A stretch of 64,000 bases of DNA from an uncultured Acidobacteriaceae bacterium (GTDB lineage: Bacteria > Acidobacteriota > Terriglobia > Terriglobales > Acidobacteriaceae). Positions 62,372 to 64,000 of the stretch are shown in pieces (position 1 is the stretch's first letter; each line of letters opens with the position of its first letter). The stretch lies in assembly GCA_963770365.1 (NCBI GenBank), contig CAVYPN010000009.1:30089-94088 (forward strand), read 5' to 3'. The notes beneath the pieces are model-generated. The model made no database searches. It was not told where the DNA came from and worked only from the letters and a program-made list of their open reading frames with translations. The translations under genes and the position numbers were made by a program.

Positions 62372-63959
62372 CTATGCGCCGCCCTCTTCATTTTCCGCTT
62401 CGTTCTCTTCGATTCCATCGTCTGCGCTGGGAATGTTGTCGACCGCAAGCTCTGCCGCGGTTTCGCTATCTTCTTCGGTCGCCTCTTCCAGCACTACCTG
62501 CTGAATTCTCCAGCTCCGCTTCCGCGGTTCCTGCAACGGCTTCGGCAGTCTCAATCTCTGACTCGCCTTCCGAAAGCTTGCCCGTGTCCGCCGCCGCAGT
62601 CAGAGCCGCAGGCTCATCGCTGCCTTCCACTTCCGGCGCTCCCGCCACGCCTGCGCCCTCGGTTGCCTCGCCTTCTTCGCCCTCTTCAAAGTGGCCGAAG
62701 TAGTGGCGAACCGCAACGCTGATGCGCTCCAGCGTCTTCTCGCCGATGCCCGGAATCTCTTCGAGTTGCTCCGGCGTCATATCAGCCAGACCTTCCACAG
62801 TAGTGATACCCGCAGCCACCAGCTTCTGGATAATGCCTTCACCCAGCTCGGTCACTTGTTCGATAGGAGTCGAAGGCCCACCAGTGAGCGCCTGCATCTG
62901 CTGCTCCACTTCCTGGCGCTTCTCTTCCTCGCTCTTGATGTCGATCTTCCAGCCCAGCAACTTGGCCGCAAGCCGGACGTTCTGGCCTTTCTTGCCGATG
63001 GCCAGTGAGAGTTGCGTATCGTCCACAATCACTTCGAGCTGCTTGTCTGTCAGGTCGGTAATCGAAACGCGGCTCACCTTGGCGGGCTGCAAGGCTTTCT
63101 CCGCGAAGGTTGTAATCTCTTCGCTGAATTCGATGATGTCGATCTTCTCGCCGCGCAGCTCGCGAATGATGGACTGCACGCGCATGCCCTTCATGCCCAC
63201 GCAGGCGCCTACGGGATCCACATCCTTGTCGCGCGACTGCACGGCAATCTTGGTGCGCTCGCCGGCTTCGCGGGCAATGGCGCGGATAACGACCGTGTTG
63301 TCGTAAATCTCCGGTACTTCGGATTGAAACAAGTTCGATACCAACTCCGGTGCGGCGCGTGAAACGATGACCTGCGGCCCCTTGGCCGCGCGATCCACCT
63401 TAAGCAGCACTACGCGCAGGCGCTCGCCGATCGTGAACTGCTCGAGGCGGGACTGCTCGCGCTTGGGGCATCGTGCTTCGGCTTTGCCCAGGTCGAAAAT
63501 AATGTCCTGGCCCTCGATGCGCTTCACCGTCGCGTTCAGCACTTCCTTTTCGCGATGCGCATACTCGTTGAAAACCGTGTCGCGCTCGGCCTCGCGAACC
63601 TTCTGAAAGATCACCTGCTTGGCAAGCTGCGCGGCAATGCGGCCCAGCGGTGTGGTGTCGCGATACATGCGAATCTCGCTGCCGACTTCAACACCCGGCG
63701 CAAGCTCATTCGCTTCCTCGAGCGTGATCTGATTTACGGGATCTTCGAGTTCATCGTCGGTGGCAACAACCGTCTTGTAGATGTAGGCGGTGATCTCGCC
63801 CGTATCCTTGTTCAGTTCTCCGCGCATGTTCTCCTGGGTTTTGTAGTATTTGCGCGTGGCAAGGGCGATCGCCTCTTCCACGGCGCCCACCACGATCTGG
63901 GGCTCAATCCCCTTCTCGCGGCTCAGGAGTTCGATACTTTGATACAAGGCGCTGGACAT
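62372..63959 (-). CDS. nusA: Transcription termination/antitermination factor NusA; apparent +1 frameshift at ~62506 (annotated ORF stops at 62466)
   Basis: GRIAAQ.AKQVI.QKVREAER, AREAG.RTKIAV, VGACVG.KG.RV, AIGKKGQNVRLA. Removing one A from minus-strand GAGAATTCAG continues the acidic tail as IQQVVLEEATEED...NEEGGA* to 62372. Confidence 0.97.
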
Positions 63960-64000
63960 GCTCTTCTTACTCTCTCGGTTTGTTTCCGGCGAACATCCGG

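Overview
GC-rich bacterial chromosomal DNA. Gene content and protein signatures point to Acidobacteriota (Terriglobia/Acidobacteriaceae-like); this is inferred, not searched. The core (15006-38342, + strand) is one contiguous str-S10-spc-alpha cluster of 35 genes from rpsL to rplQ, with a near-consensus sigma70 promoter about 475 nt upstream of rpsL and an intrinsic terminator after rplQ. The left flank has rsmI, rsmD, LOG, a His-less site-2-protease/CBS protein and carbohydrate genes (GH130-SGNH fusion, xylonate dehydratase, GH127, nucleoside hydrolase). The right flank has guaB, a GT2, a PPIase-TPR-FG-GAP/UnbV protein next to a CusF-SCO protein, an acyl-CoA dehydrogenase, an ECF sigma locus, infB and nusA. 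The main unexplained structure is a family of inverted arrays of degenerate 7-nt units (AGTTCNN ... NNGAACT, plus AGTGA-, TCAGT- and 8-nt variants). They occupy 19 of the 34 gene junctions of the ribosomal cluster, nearly always start within 8 nt of a stop codon, often end at the next Shine-Dalgarno, and were not seen elsewhere in the window. Five genes, including tuf and nusA, have apparent single-base +1 frameshifts that look like consensus errors. No rRNA, tRNA, CRISPR array, transposase or integrase was found.
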